Origin: Cyanophora paradoxa CCMP329
Lineage: Eukaryota > Plantae > Glaucophyta
DNA length: 64,000 nt
NCBI GenBank assembly: GCA_004431415.1
Contig: QPMI01000408.1
Coordinates: 930,001-994,000, forward strand
Reading direction: 5' to 3'
Below are positions 13,191 to 24,497 of the stretch, piece by piece. The translations under genes were made by a program, and so were the position numbers. Positions within the stretch are counted from its first letter, which is position 1, and each line of letters starts with the position of its first letter. The notes under the pieces are model-generated. The model made no database searches. It saw only the letters and a list, made by a program, of their open reading frames with translations, and was not told the origin of the DNA.

Positions 13191-13804
13191 TCCGCCCCCA
13201 AAGATGCACCGTCCGGTACGCCATCACTACGCCATACACGTGTACTATCCACGTGCACGCTCTGAACTGCCCCCGCGTAGCGTGTGGCGCGCGCGGCCTT
13301 GAGGAGCAACAGGGGGTGGCTTGCGGACCACCGCCCTCGAGACTGAGACCCATCACCCGGAAGTGCGTGATTCTCACTCTCATTCTTATTGTGACTATAG
13401 TCTCTGCATCCCGGCCCAGGATCTGCAGTATGCGCCCCTAACTCTGCACCACCAGCACGAGAACAGCAGCCAGTTAGCCAGTTTTTTTTGCAAAAGTGGA
13501 CGTCGCATTGATACACCACGGCACATGTATCAATGTTCTACGTGACGTGCCCTTCCGACCGGTCATCTATCTAGCCGAGGGTGCTAGCTAGGTGCCGGCC
13601 ATGGGTCGCTCAATATGGGAGGTTCGCCTGAGTGGGGGAGCCATGGTTTTCGGTGATAGCCGTAACCAGACCCACGCGCCCACCCCTTGATCAACTCCTC
13701 CATCCCTCATGAGCCCTGGAAGTGAAATGTCTCGCAGTCCGCCGCCCTCCCTTGCCGCCGCTCCGCCACGCCTCCTCCTCCCCACTCCGCCTCCTCCCTC
13801 CTCC

Positions 13805-16260
13805 TCACCTGCGCCCCAGGACCCCGATTAATCGGTGTCCCGTTTTGTCGAGGTGAAGAAGGTGGTAGGAGGAAGATATGAGGAAGGAGAGGGAGTGGGC
13901 GGAGGCAGCAGCTTGGGGCGGGCAGCGGATGCGGGGCAAGGCAGGGAGAGGTGCCGGGACAGCAGTGTGGAGTGAGCGTGGGCATTGGCAGGCGGCGCAG
14001 AGAGCTGGGAGTGCGGAGACGAGGCGGGCCGCGAGGGGTCGGGAGGGGTCGACCGGGTGAGAGGGGGGGGCCGAGGCCAGGGGGGTGGCCGAAGCCATGG
14101 GGTTGGCCGAAGCCAGGGGGGTGGCCGAAGCCGATGGGGTGGCCGAAGCCAAAGGGGGGGCCGAGGCCATTGGGGGGGCCGAAGCCATAGGGGTGGCCGG
14201 AGCCAGCGGGGGGTCTGGCACTTGAGGGCCGGTTGGGGCCGGGGGGGAGACCGTAGGGGGCTGAGGGGCAGCGTCTTGCGAGGTCCCGAGCGGGGGGGAC
14301 AGCTGAAGCAAGGGGGGGGAGGGGGAGTTGGCTGCTTGCAGCGTCGTAAGTGGTTTGTACACTCCGGGTGCAAAGAGGGACGTGATTGTGGGTTGCCCCG
14401 TAGGTATCGGCACCGTTCGCGCTTTTTTGGTCATGCGCCTGGGAGTCTTGCGGCCGGTTGCCTTTCTTTTCGCCGTAGGTACGGGCGGGGCGGGTGTAGA
14501 GGCGGGAGGGGAGGGGTCGCGGGGCGCGGGCATTTGGGTGCCGGGGCGGAGGGGGTATCGGCTGTCCGTTTACGTGAGGCAGGCGACGGGCGTGTTCGTT
14601 TCGGGGGAGGGGCCAGGCGGGGCCCCGGAGCGGGGCGTTTGGAAGGTTGGGTAGTGTTCGTAGGACCCGCGGGCGAAGCGGGCAGGATGCCAGTGTCGGA
14701 GTTCTCGTGTGACTGTCGTGCTGGGGGTACCGCAGGTAGGGAGGCAGGGCAGGAGGTGATCTCAGGGCGGGCGGGGCATTTTCCCCGTCTGGCGTCGGAG
14801 TGGGCCTGGAGGGCAGATGCAGAGGCGAACCGAGTGCCGCAGGTGCAGGAGAAGTCAGACGTCCCGGCGGCGGGTCCTGCATCGGGCAGCTGGGGGAGGG
14901 GGGGCCTGGGTGAGGGGGCGACGGGGAGTCGTGCAATTGCTTGGCGGAAGTTTTCCAAGAGAATCCATGGTTGGCCTTCCGAGCCCAATTCGCAGCAGAA
15001 GTCGGTGATGGAGATGGTATCATGGAGGGAGGGGGCGGGGGGAGGGCGGGGGGGAGGGGGGGGACTGGGCGGCTGCACTAGAGGCGAGCGGGAGGGTTTG
15101 GAGTCTGCATGTTTGCGGTACCGACGTTTGGTTCTGTCATTGATGCCGTGTCGGAGCTCCCAGGCGTGGTTGCGGGCGCAGCGGTCTCTCCAGATCGCAC
15201 GGAGGTGTTGGTCGAGGAGCAGCGCTAGGTCTTTTTGGATTGACATTGTGGTGGTTTTGTTGATGCCCAGAGCTGTGCAGAGGGCGGGCAATCCTGCCGG
15301 GGTACCGAGGCGCAGGAGGGCAGGGGCGGGGAAGGGGAGCATGTCAGCCAGGGCCGGGCTAAGCTTTGTCCATAGGGTATCGGTGAGACCTGGGGGGCGG
15401 AAAAGGGCCGGATTTTCGGTGGGGAGAGGAGGGCGGATTGGAGGGAGAGGCGGGGTCAGGAGAACGAGGCGGAGGAAGGGGAAGAGTTGAAAGATGGTAT
15501 CGTCGTGTCCTAGTGTTTGGGCGAGTGGCGGAGAACCCGGGTACGGAGGAAGGTCACGAGTGCGTCCTGGAAAGCTTGGAGAAGGAGGCGAGCGGCGGGG
15601 CAAGTAAATATGTGGACGAAGTCTTCGGGGGGGTGGGTTGTGGGGTCGGGCGGTCTGGGGTCTGCGGCCGCCGGTGGGGAAGAGGGCGAGGGGGAGCCCG
15701 GGGGGGTGCATGTGGCAGGGGGCGGGGAGGGGGAGGGTGGGGAAGCAGCATCTTCGGGGATGGGGGCAGGGGTGGGAGGGAGGTGACAGAAGGGGCAGTG
15801 GGCGGTGCCGTCGGGGAAGAGAGGGCCGTAGAGGTCGGGGTCGTGGAGAAGGCGGATGGTGAGGGAGGGAAGGCTTCCAAGCATGCATTGGAATCTGACT
15901 TTGCGGAGGTGGTCGCCTGTGGGGGTGCGGCGGTCCGGTGGCTTGTCGGACACTAGGGAGAGGGCTGGAGCAAGGGTAACATGGGGGTTGCTGAGGACGG
16001 CCCCCGCGTTGCGAAGCTGGCGCCAGTCGAGGTATTGGGAGAGGGAGGCTTCGGCTAGGAAGTGAGAGCGGGGGTCCCCCTCGACGCGGTACGCATGGAG
16101 TCTGCCTCGGTAGGGCTCGGCCCGGGGACTGGGCCGTGGGATAGTGGGGGCGGGAGGCCAACACGGATGAGGAAGCATTTGAAACTGTGGGGAATGAAAA
16201 GAAGGGCGGAGAGGGGGCGTCGGGGGCTGTTTTAGCAAGCTTGTCAACGGCGTCATTGTG
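13805..16260 (-). pseudogene. LINE ORF C-terminal region: RNase H final helix, CCHC finger, conserved C-terminal helix, C2H2-like finger and Pro-rich tail (frameshifted)
   Basis: HNDAVDKLAK (16260-16231), VEGDPRSHF, GSLPS..PDLY..CPFC...EDFVHIFTC, IWRDRCARNHAWELRHGI, CTCGTRFASASALQAH; 7-aa repeat PMASAPP/PLASATP at ~14060-14215. Confidence 0.75.
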
Positions 16261-16780
16261 GCGGTTGTCAGGGTGTAGGCTGGGTTCGGGATACGATTCT
16301 TAGCCGGGGTGCGGGCCGCCTCTTTCTGTGCGGCTGTTTTGGATGTTTTGGCGGACCGTGGTTGCGGCAGGGTGGCTTCACGGTGAGCGGCTTCAGTTAG
16401 GATGGACGCCGCTTCGAGTGGGGTAACGTGGGACGGCCGGAAGAGACGGCGCGCTGTGGCGGAGGCTTCGTTGCGAGCCAGGTCGGCGAGCTGAGAGGCG
16501 AGTTCTTGGGCGTAGCGGGCGCCGGGAGGGAGGGGGTGGCGGGCCCTTCGGGGCGGGGCGGGGGAGACTCAAGCACAGTTGGGAGCGCGGGAGGGCTGGA
16601 TGGTTGGGGAGGATGGTGGGGAGTCGAGGGTAGGGAGGGTGCCGCCGGTGGAGACTGGGGGCGGCGCGGCGGATGGGTACGCCCGGGAAGGTCGGCGGGG
16701 GCCGGAGGGCCGGGAGGGTTGGGCTGCAGCATAGGGGGTCAAGGGTGACGGACCCGTAGCAGAGGCTGAGGGCAATATAT

Positions 16781-17548
16781 TCACGGTATCTGCGGAGCGC
16801 TGCAGCGTCGGCCTGAATGTAGGCTGGGGGCGGGGCAGGTCCGACGGGTAAGTGCTGAGGAGCGACTGAGTAGGTCAGCTGTGAGGAGGAGGAGTGGACC
16901 GCAGGCCGTGCTGTTTGGGGGCTGGAGAACGGAGAGGGATGTCTCCGGGCGTAGATAGGTCCATCTGCAGAAGGGAGTGGGGGGGAGGGGAGATCCAGAG
17001 TCGCGCTGACTCCAAGTGGCCGCCAAGTCTTGTGCAAAGGAGACAAGGTGGTCAGGGACGTCGAGGGAGCCATTGTAGAAGTAGAATGAGCGCGTCTGTG
17101 GAAATAGAGCAAGTAGGTGCCAGTGTCCCGGAGGTCTGCTGGAGGAAGGGGTCAGCGAGGGGGCTGGTCGGGTTTGTTGAATTGGGCAATAGGTGAGGAT
17201 GGGGACGAGAACGAGGCGGGCATCGAGGAGTCGTCCGTGGGGATGTATCGGTGTAGGGGAGGAGGGCAGAACCCGAGAGTCGAAGTGGGAGGCTGCGCTA
17301 GCAGGGTAGGAGCTGGACGATAGGAAGTGAGCAGGGTGGGGCGAGGCCAGGGCGGCTTCACGGGAAGAGAGCAGGTCAAAAAAGGCTTCCACGAGGGGAG
17401 GCTGAGGGGGCATTCGGACGGAGGTGTAAAAGGTCGCCTCGTCGAATGAGTGAGTAACAGTGAGGGTCGGCTCGGGGGCGGGTGGGAGGGGGGCTTCGAC
17501 GCGAGGTTTGCTCCGCGCAATAATCATTGTCTGCGAAGCGGAAGGCAT
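16781..17548 (-). CDS. Ulp1/SENP-like (peptidase C48) domain within the LINE
   Basis: LVPIL...GHWHLLALFPQTRSFYFYNGSL...LQPPNSTACGPLLL gives the His, Asn (at the Asp position), Gln, Cys order of clan CE proteases. Confidence 0.75.
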   Translation of the reverse strand: MPSASQTMIIARSKPRVEAPLPPAPEPTLTVTHSFDEATFYTSVRMPPQPPLVEAFFDLLSSREAALASPHPAHFLSSSSYPASAASHFDSRVLPSSPTPIHPHGRLLDARLVLVPILTYCPIQQTRPAPSLTPSSSRPPGHWHLLALFPQTRSFYFYNGSLDVPDHLVSFAQDLAATWSQRDSGSPLPPTPFCRWTYLRPETSLSVLQPPNSTACGPLLLLTADLLSRSSALTRRTCPAPSLHSGRRCSAPQIP

Positions 17549-18934
17549 TCCCAGCCAGCTTTTCTCCGCCAGCGTCAGCGGGCGAGGGAGGGGAATTCAG
17601 TCGGGTGGACGGGGTTCGGCCTGGGGAGGCAAGCGCAGCTGGTGGGCCGCGGGCGACGGAGGGCGTGGGATTGAGGAGTGGGCGTGGGAGGGGTGGAGGA
17701 TGCGGGAAGGGGGAGGGGAGTTGGGGACGGGGGGTGTAAGGGGCGAGGGGGAAGGGGGGGGACGGAAGGGAGGGGGGGTGGGGTCTCGTTTGCGTCGGAC
17801 CCGGCGGCGGGCTTTTGCTGCCGTGTGCTGGGAGGGGCGGGAGCTGGTGCGTGGGGTCGTGCGCTGCCGTTTTGTTGTGAAAGCCGGGCCGTTGGCCTGG
17901 ATTGTCCCCAGGAGGACCTCAGGGTCCCGGAGGAGGAGAGCGGCCGCCCAGCGTTCCCGGTAGATGGGGGCGTGGAAGGGGATGGGGCGGCCCCGTCCTT
18001 TGCCGTACAGGTGGACTTCCTCGCCGCGGCCAATGAACTCAGCGGCGGTCATGACGAAGAGAGCGTCTTCACCCGTGTGGACGTGTTTCCAAGCTTGCGT
18101 GGGGAAGGTGCTGGTGTCGTATTTCCAGGCCGAGCGTGGAGAGGGGTCGCCAGGGCGGAGGGTCGCCGTCCACCATTTGAGGACCAGTCTTTAAGAAGGA
18201 CCGTGACGTCGGAGGCGGGTTTGCGGGTGACGTCCAGGATGCGGATTTCGCGGAGGCGGGCTGAGATGATTGCTAGTCGCCAGGGTCGGGACCCAGAGGT
18301 GGTAGGGGAAGGAGAATATAGTCGTACTCCGTTGGGGAGAAGGGGTGCGGGACGTAGGATCGGTCCGTTAGCGGCCGGCCTGCGCGGGTCTTGAGCGAGA
18401 GGGTGGAGGGGGCTGTGCCCATGAGGATTGAGGTTGCGTGGGAGGACGAAAGAAAGAGGCACTTGGGGTGGTGGGGGCGTGCAGCCGGAAGGAGACTTGC
18501 CGGTTCTGAAGAAGTCTGAAGAAAGCGTCAATGGTTCTGCAGGTATGGGTTGTTCGAGGAGAAGGGGTGTGGCCAGGTGGCCCCAGACCGGGGGTTGGGT
18601 CGATGAGGGAGAGAGGAGCCGCTCTAAGGGCGGCCAGGCGAGATTTTATGCCATCAAGGAGGGGAAGTACTCGGCGGTCATACCGGGGGCCGTCAGGATC
18701 GATGGCAGCCGAGTAGGGAATGGCTCGGCGGCCATATCGTTCGAACAGTATGGGGAGGGCGCCGGTTTGGTCGCGGAGTGGAAAGTGGGTGGGGGCCGGG
18801 CGGGGCGGGGTGGGGTGGCAGTGCGGGCAGGATAGGGCAGGTCCCCGTGCCCATTGTTCTGCGATCAGGGAGGAAATGGGGAGTCCCACATGCCAGGATC
18901 ACAGCGGTGGTACGCGATCGGAGGGGCACCAGCC

Positions 18935-21259
18935 TCAGCTTGGGAGGTGGGGCAAGCGTGAGATCTTCGTCCAATACCAGGCGGGGAGAGGCGTGTCGCG
19001 GTCGGCGGGGACAGCCGGTTTGCAGAGGGAAGTTTGATAGAAAGTCCAGCTGGGGCCGGGGGCCCGAGGGTGGGCTAAGTGGTGGTCGAGGGCGAGCTTC
19101 CTTGTAGGCCCGGGGTCGGGGTATTCGGCGTCGGGGGGGTCCTCGGGGAGTGGTTGAAGGAAGATTGGGTTGGGAGGGGAGTAACATTGGAAGGAGATGT
19201 TGCGAGTGATGTTTTTGCGTCCGAAGGCTTCTAGGAAGGCTGAGTAGGCGCGGAGGATGTCGCAGTCCGAAGTGATGGTGAGATGTTCGTCGGAGGGGAG
19301 GAGAGCGTGGTTTTTGGGGATGCGGATGCAGCGGTTCCAGATGAGAGTTTCCTCCGCTGCGAATGCCCGTTCGAGTCTGGCCGACGCGAGGGGGACGAGG
19401 TCTAGGATCAGGTGGGTGTTGGTAGTGTCAGAGGCGTCGACATATTCGGCTAGGTCCGCCTGGCAGCGGAGGAAGTTGTAGTCGGCCGGGCTATCTGCTA
19501 GAATATATGTGCGAAGATGCCGGCGAGGCGGAAAGAGGGACGAGAATAGCGACGGGGGGAGGGGCGGGGAGGAGTCGTCCGAAAAAAGGAGTCGGGCGTC
19601 GGGGATGTCCATTCCACCAATATAATGATAAGGGGCCGAGGCAGGGAACGTCTGCGGGGCAGTAGGTGGGGGGCAGCTGGTCCGCTGAGGGGACGCGGGT
19701 CGGCGGGGGGAGGAGGGGACCGGGCGTCGGGTCGCCTGTGGGGTTGTAGCCGTTGCGGTTGGCCGCGGAATGGTCTTTGGTTGGTGAGAGGGGACCCATT
19801 GGAGCGTGATTTGGAAGTTTGGGTCTTGAGCGATACGAATGGCGTATTGCGTGCGAGCGTTGAGGAGAAGGGCCCTGTCTTCTCGGCGGAGCAGGGTGCG
19901 GAAATTGATAGGGTGGGAGAAAGAGGAGGGGTCTCGGAAGGCGAAGGCTGTCAGGGCCCGGATAGTGTTTTGGCTGTCCGTGATAATTTTCCCACCCGTG
20001 GGCCCAAAGTACGTGAATGCTGCGGAGATCGCGCCTGCTAGCTCTCCCAGGTTCACGTTGTGTTGGACACCGGGGAGGCGGTGGGCGAACTCGATGTGGT
20101 TAGGTAGGTCGGGATTATTTTCGAGGGGTGCAAGGCCGGCGTAGGTGGTTCGGACTGATGCGGAGCCCTGTTTTTGTGTGCTGGCGTCCGTGTATATTAC
20201 CCGGGGAGTAGGGTCGGGGGGACGAGGTGGGGAGTTTAGGGCACGGAGCGTGGGGCAGAGCTCAGCGAAGAGGGCTCGGGAGGTGGCGAAGAGGAAGTCG
20301 AGCCCGGCCGAGGAATCATAGAATTCGCGGTCGGCTTGTGAGGGAGGGGTCCTCGGGCGTGGGCGTCGCTCGAGGGCGACATTGGTGGCCTGGGCTTCCG
20401 CGCGGAAGGAGTCCCACCAGTCAGTTTCCCGGAGCCAGAGGTCGATGAAACCAATATGTGTGATTTCGCGGGGGAGGTTGGGAGGGGGGAGTTCGGGGTC
20501 ATATTGGGCGGAGGGGGTTTCTGAGGAGGGGTCGAGGCGGGCTTTTTTAGCTGCTCTTGTGGGTTGAGCGCGGGTGGGCTGTTGTCCTCTGAAGCGGGAG
20601 CATGGGAAGGCGGGGGCGGAGTCGGGCAGCTGCCGGGAGCGGGTGGGAGCCGGCCTATTTAGGTTGGAGAGGCTCGGAGACCAGCCCTTCGATTCGCACG
20701 AGGAGCCCGCTGGAATTCGGCGAACGTGGGATGCGTACTCGACCCAGCAGCAGGCCGTTGTGGAGAGGCCCAGCTCGCGATGGAGCTGTTCGGAGCCGCA
20801 ATATTTTGGGTGGGGGCAGAATTGGAATTCGAGTCTGCGTTCACGCCAGGCAGGGTCGAGTTCAAGAGCCGATAGGCCGGGGTCGCGTGTGGAAAGTCCA
20901 TCGTATGGGGTGAGGCAGTAATGGACGAGTTCCACCCCATAATTATACTCTGAGTCTCGGGGGCAGTTAGGGTCCGCGTCGGGGTCCTCGGGAGCCAGTT
21001 CGTCCGGGTTTTCGTCCGGGAGAGGGGGTTTCCCGACGACGCGACCAACTAGGCCTTGGGACGTCCAGACAAAGTCACCAATTTTGAGTCCCGCAAGGAC
21101 GGCGTCGGCTTGGAGAGAGCGACGGATGTCTGGGATAGAGGGCGGCGGGGCATGGGGTATCGGGGAGGAAGGGGGACTGGATGGAAGGGCGGGGAAGAGA
21201 GAGTTCTTCGCGGACCGCGTCCCACCAGGAGGGGGCACGTTTGTAGTATGCCGGGACAC
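18935..21259 (-). CDS. LINE ORF segment with the N-terminal three quarters of RNase H
   Basis: VIYTDAS (~20190), NLGELAGA, IITDSQN, LQWVPSH (19798-19784): D, E, D and the His loop of RNase HI. Confidence 0.85.
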   Translation of the reverse strand: MSRHTTNVPPPGGTRSAKNSLFPALPSSPPSSPIPHAPPPSIPDIRRSLQADAVLAGLKIGDFVWTSQGLVGRVVGKPPLPDENPDELAPEDPDADPNCPRDSEYNYGVELVHYCLTPYDGLSTRDPGLSALELDPAWRERRLEFQFCPHPKYCGSEQLHRELGLSTTACCWVEYASHVRRIPAGSSCESKGWSPSLSNLNRPAPTRSRQLPDSAPAFPCSRFRGQQPTRAQPTRAAKKARLDPSSETPSAQYDPELPPPNLPREITHIGFIDLWLRETDWWDSFRAEAQATNVALERRPRPRTPPSQADREFYDSSAGLDFLFATSRALFAELCPTLRALNSPPRPPDPTPRVIYTDASTQKQGSASVRTTYAGLAPLENNPDLPNHIEFAHRLPGVQHNVNLGELAGAISAAFTYFGPTGGKIITDSQNTIRALTAFAFRDPSSFSHPINFRTLLRREDRALLLNARTQYAIRIAQDPNFQITLQWVPSHQPKTIPRPTATATTPQATRRPVPSSPRRPASPQRTSCPPPTAPQTFPASAPYHYIGGMDIPDARLLFSDDSSPPLPPSLFSSLFPPRRHLRTYILADSPADYNFLRCQADLAEYVDASDTTNTHLILDLVPLASARLERAFAAEETLIWNRCIRIPKNHALLPSDEHLTITSDCDILRAYSAFLEAFGRKNITRNISFQCYSPPNPIFLQPLPEDPPDAEYPDPGPTRKLALDHHLAHPRAPGPSWTFYQTSLCKPAVPADRDTPLPAWYWTKISRLPHLPS

Positions 21260-23948
21260 GACCGTGACTCCAGAGGAGGGACCAATCAGCTAGTGAGCCG
21301 TCGGAGGACGTAATGTCACGGATGGTGAGGAGGCCGCAGCGATAGAGGCGCTGGCCGGCTCGTTGGAGGGTGAGGGGCGTCAATTGTGATGATATAATGT
21401 ATTCTCGTCGAAGGTGGACCGTCGGGAGGGAGGCCGTGCGTCCAGGAATCGCATGTTGTGAGGATGTGGTGGAGGTGGAAGTCAGGTCTGCCGTGATGGC
21501 GAGCGTAATATTTTTCTGTAGTGTAAGGGGCCCCGAAGGAAGGTTCGGATATTCATGTGGGAGGAGAGGGAGCCCGTACCGGGCCTGGGTGTCGAGGACG
21601 CGTTGTCGGTATATTTGGCCGTAGAGTGATGATGTGTGGGAGGCGAGTTCCTGGCGGAGGCGCTCGTCGACGCACTGCTGTTGGCGTTGGATGACTGCTA
21701 TTGAGGGAAGGCGATAGATGGAGGAGAATGCAGCCGTGGAGACGGACTGGGCTAGGTTGGCAGTGTGTTTGGCCGCGGTGAGCCAAACAGCGTCGAGGGA
21801 CTGGCATTGGGATGGCGTTAGGGTCATGATGCGGAGGGGGTATGACAGTTTAGGGAAGAGAACCCGGTGTAATATCACTTGGAATTCGTGAACGGTAATC
21901 TTTTTCGTGGCTAGGATCGAGATTGCAGATTGGAGCTGGGATTTGAGTAGGCGGACTTGGTGGGTCCAGGACAGGTTCGCAGTAAACTGGACGCCGAGGA
22001 CGCGGAAGGGCGTTGTGGGGGAGAGGATGTGGCCAACCTCAGCTCTGGAATCGCCAACTCCGACATAGTATTTGCTCTTGACCGGCTCTTCGGATCGGGG
22101 GGGTTTCCAGTGAAAAATTTCCGTCTTTTGGCGTTCAAGTTCATGCCATGGATATGTAGAAATTCGGACAGCCAGTCAAGCATATGTTGGAGGCCCTGAG
22201 CCGAGCTGGCAAGCATGGTGGTGTCGTCGGCGTATGCAAGCACAGAGACTGTGGGGCAGGGACCGGCGGGGAAGTAGAGGGGTTCGCCAGGGCATGGTGG
22301 GCGGGGGGAAAGGGGGCGGGTCGGATCAGATCGGTGCGGCCCAAGCTGGTAGCCGAAATTGGACTGAGTCGCTCGTTCTTCAATGGCGGTGAGAGCGGCG
22401 TCGAAGAAAATGCGCCAGTGGAGGGGGCTTCGATGCCACCTTGGGGAGGCCACAGGGACTTGAAAATATTCAGTGCGGCCGTGGGGGGTAAGGATGCACG
22501 CCGTGCGGTGTTGAGCTGCTTTTTTGTGGAGGGCTATATATCGTTTCCCTTCAGGATGGAGGTGGAGTTGGATACGGTTAAGGCTGAGCTCTTGCTATGC
22601 CAGGAGACACTGTCGTAGGCGCTGGCGATATCCCCAGGCCGCCAAAGATTGGCTTTTTGAACTGGTGCGCGTCCTCGAGGGAGGATCGGAGGGCGTAGAG
22701 GACAGGGTCGGTAGATTCGCGGCGACAGAAACCATAATTACGGCGCGTAGAATGTTATGTGTATCAATGCGGTCTTCCATGCGGTGGGTCAGGAGGCCCG
22801 TGACCAGCTTCCAGGTGACTTCTTGAAGGGTGATGGGCGGAGATCGGCGAGATCTGCTGAATTATCTCGTTTCGGGATAGCGTAGACTTGGCCGCGAAGT
22901 GCGTGGTCGGGCACGTGGCCGAGAAGAGTGGATTGAACTAGAGCTCGGATGGCGTCGCGCGAGGTGGTCCAGTGGGCCGCGGACTCGAAGCTGTTTATCT
23001 CGTCTGTAGAGTGTGAGGCGGCCAAGGTCTGGCGTTCCGTCTTGGAGAGGCGGAGGGGGGACCAGAGCATTTTAAGCATTCCGTTCGTGAGGCCGGAGGG
23101 ACCGCCAGCGCCATTGGACAGGGACGAGATGAGGCGGTCGAGTTCGGGGTCCTCTGGCATGGCCATTAGCCCGTCCCAGACGGCGGGGGCGAAGTGGGTA
23201 AGGGGTCGGTACTGGCGTTTCCAGAATCTGCCCAACCAGGCGCCGTTTTCAATGACTTCGAATTTCGTAGCTATGGCATCCAGGTTTGGGGCGGCCTTGC
23301 GGAGTCGCCAGAAATTTTTGAAGTGATCCAGATGTGCGCGTTTAATTTCAGTGGGATCAGTGAGCACTTCGGGGAGTCCCGCTGCCGTGCGGGTAAGATA
23401 CAGGCGAGGGGCTGATCGGAAGCGGGAGAGAAGGAGTTGAATAGCCCGACCCATGCTTCGACAGTGGGACAGGAGGTGGCGGCGGGTGTCAATATTGCGA
23501 GCGATGTCGGCTTCGGTGTATGCGCGGCGATGATTGTCCAGGGCGGCCCGCGCCTGTAAATGCCACATGCTGAGTTGAGCATGTACTCGGCGATTTCAGA
23601 TCCTGTAATGATACCATTCTCGAACTCAGGGTAATTAGGAGGGTCGGGGAAAGCGAGGAGGGAGGGGCAAAATGCCAGCGTGGTGTCCGAGCCCGCAGAT
23701 TTTCGGATGTCTGTCACGTCTTTGGGAAGGTCCCGGAAAACAGCCCGAATAGTTTCGTCAGGCGGGTGGTCTGTGGAACCTTGGCGCGCCCAGTCGTTTA
23801 GGGCCTGTCCGACGCGGCCAACAAGTTGTTCGTCGTCAGCGTCCAGCGCAGACAAGTGGTTGAATTTAGCCATATCGCCCTGGGCGGCTACTCGGTGTTG
23901 GAGGACTTTTGCAGTAGAGAATTCTTTAGTGTGAGCGACGGACTTGAT
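21075..23948 (-). pseudogene. Non-LTR reverse transcriptase and thumb region (frameshifted)
   Basis: AGGPSG, IPKR..LRP, GDIASAYDSV (~22605-22640), PQGG..PLHWRIFFD, VLAYADDTTML (YADD at 22234-22223), GMNLNAK, VLFPKLSY. Confidence 0.92.
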
Positions 23949-24497
23949 ACAGCAGCCAGTTAGCCAGCACTGCGCCCGCGGCAAGTCTCGTTGAGCTTTA
24001 GCTGTACGTAACCGGGCTGAACTGCCGACGTCCAGCGAGCGCAGCCGGCATGCATATATGGTCCAGATGAACACTGTGGCAGCACGGCTCCTTCCTGCAC
24101 TGGAGCTCTCTACGTCCGCATGTTGCAGTTTCTGGCTTTGATGATGGCTGCAAACGCAGGCCGCCTACTATCAGTGGCGGCGGGGGTCTACCGCTGGGGA
24201 ACGACAATGTGCGGAGGACAGCCCACCGCAGACCTGGCCCTCGACTCGTTCGCATTCGATAGAAGCGGCTAGATACCCGGTATGATGTCGTGGTCGTAAG
24301 CCCTCGAATCAAAGTACGTAATCGACTGCAACTAATATTGGGCTATCATCAATGTCACATACTTGCAAGACAGAAACACCGCAGCCGTATAACTTAAGCT
24401 TGCTGAATTTTAGTACCGCGCAAAAATAGTAGAGTGCATCACACCTGCCGCAATGATGACGTCAAGTAATGAGTGGGAAGATAGTAGAAATATATCG

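Larger units (their letters stand above)
13482..23948 (-). mobile_element. 5'-truncated non-LTR (LINE-like) retrotransposon with RT, RNase H, embedded C48 protease and CCHC finger
   Basis: 19-bp TSD ACAGCAGCCAGTTAGCCAG at 13463-13481 and 23949-23967; T8 at 13482-13489 (oligo-A tail on the minus strand); RT, RNase H and zinc-finger motifs in canonical order; many frameshifts. Confidence 0.93.

Noticed and set aside
14431-15600. Restriction-like endonuclease after the CCHC finger (Dualen/R2-type)
   Set aside because: No PD..D/E.K pattern recognised.
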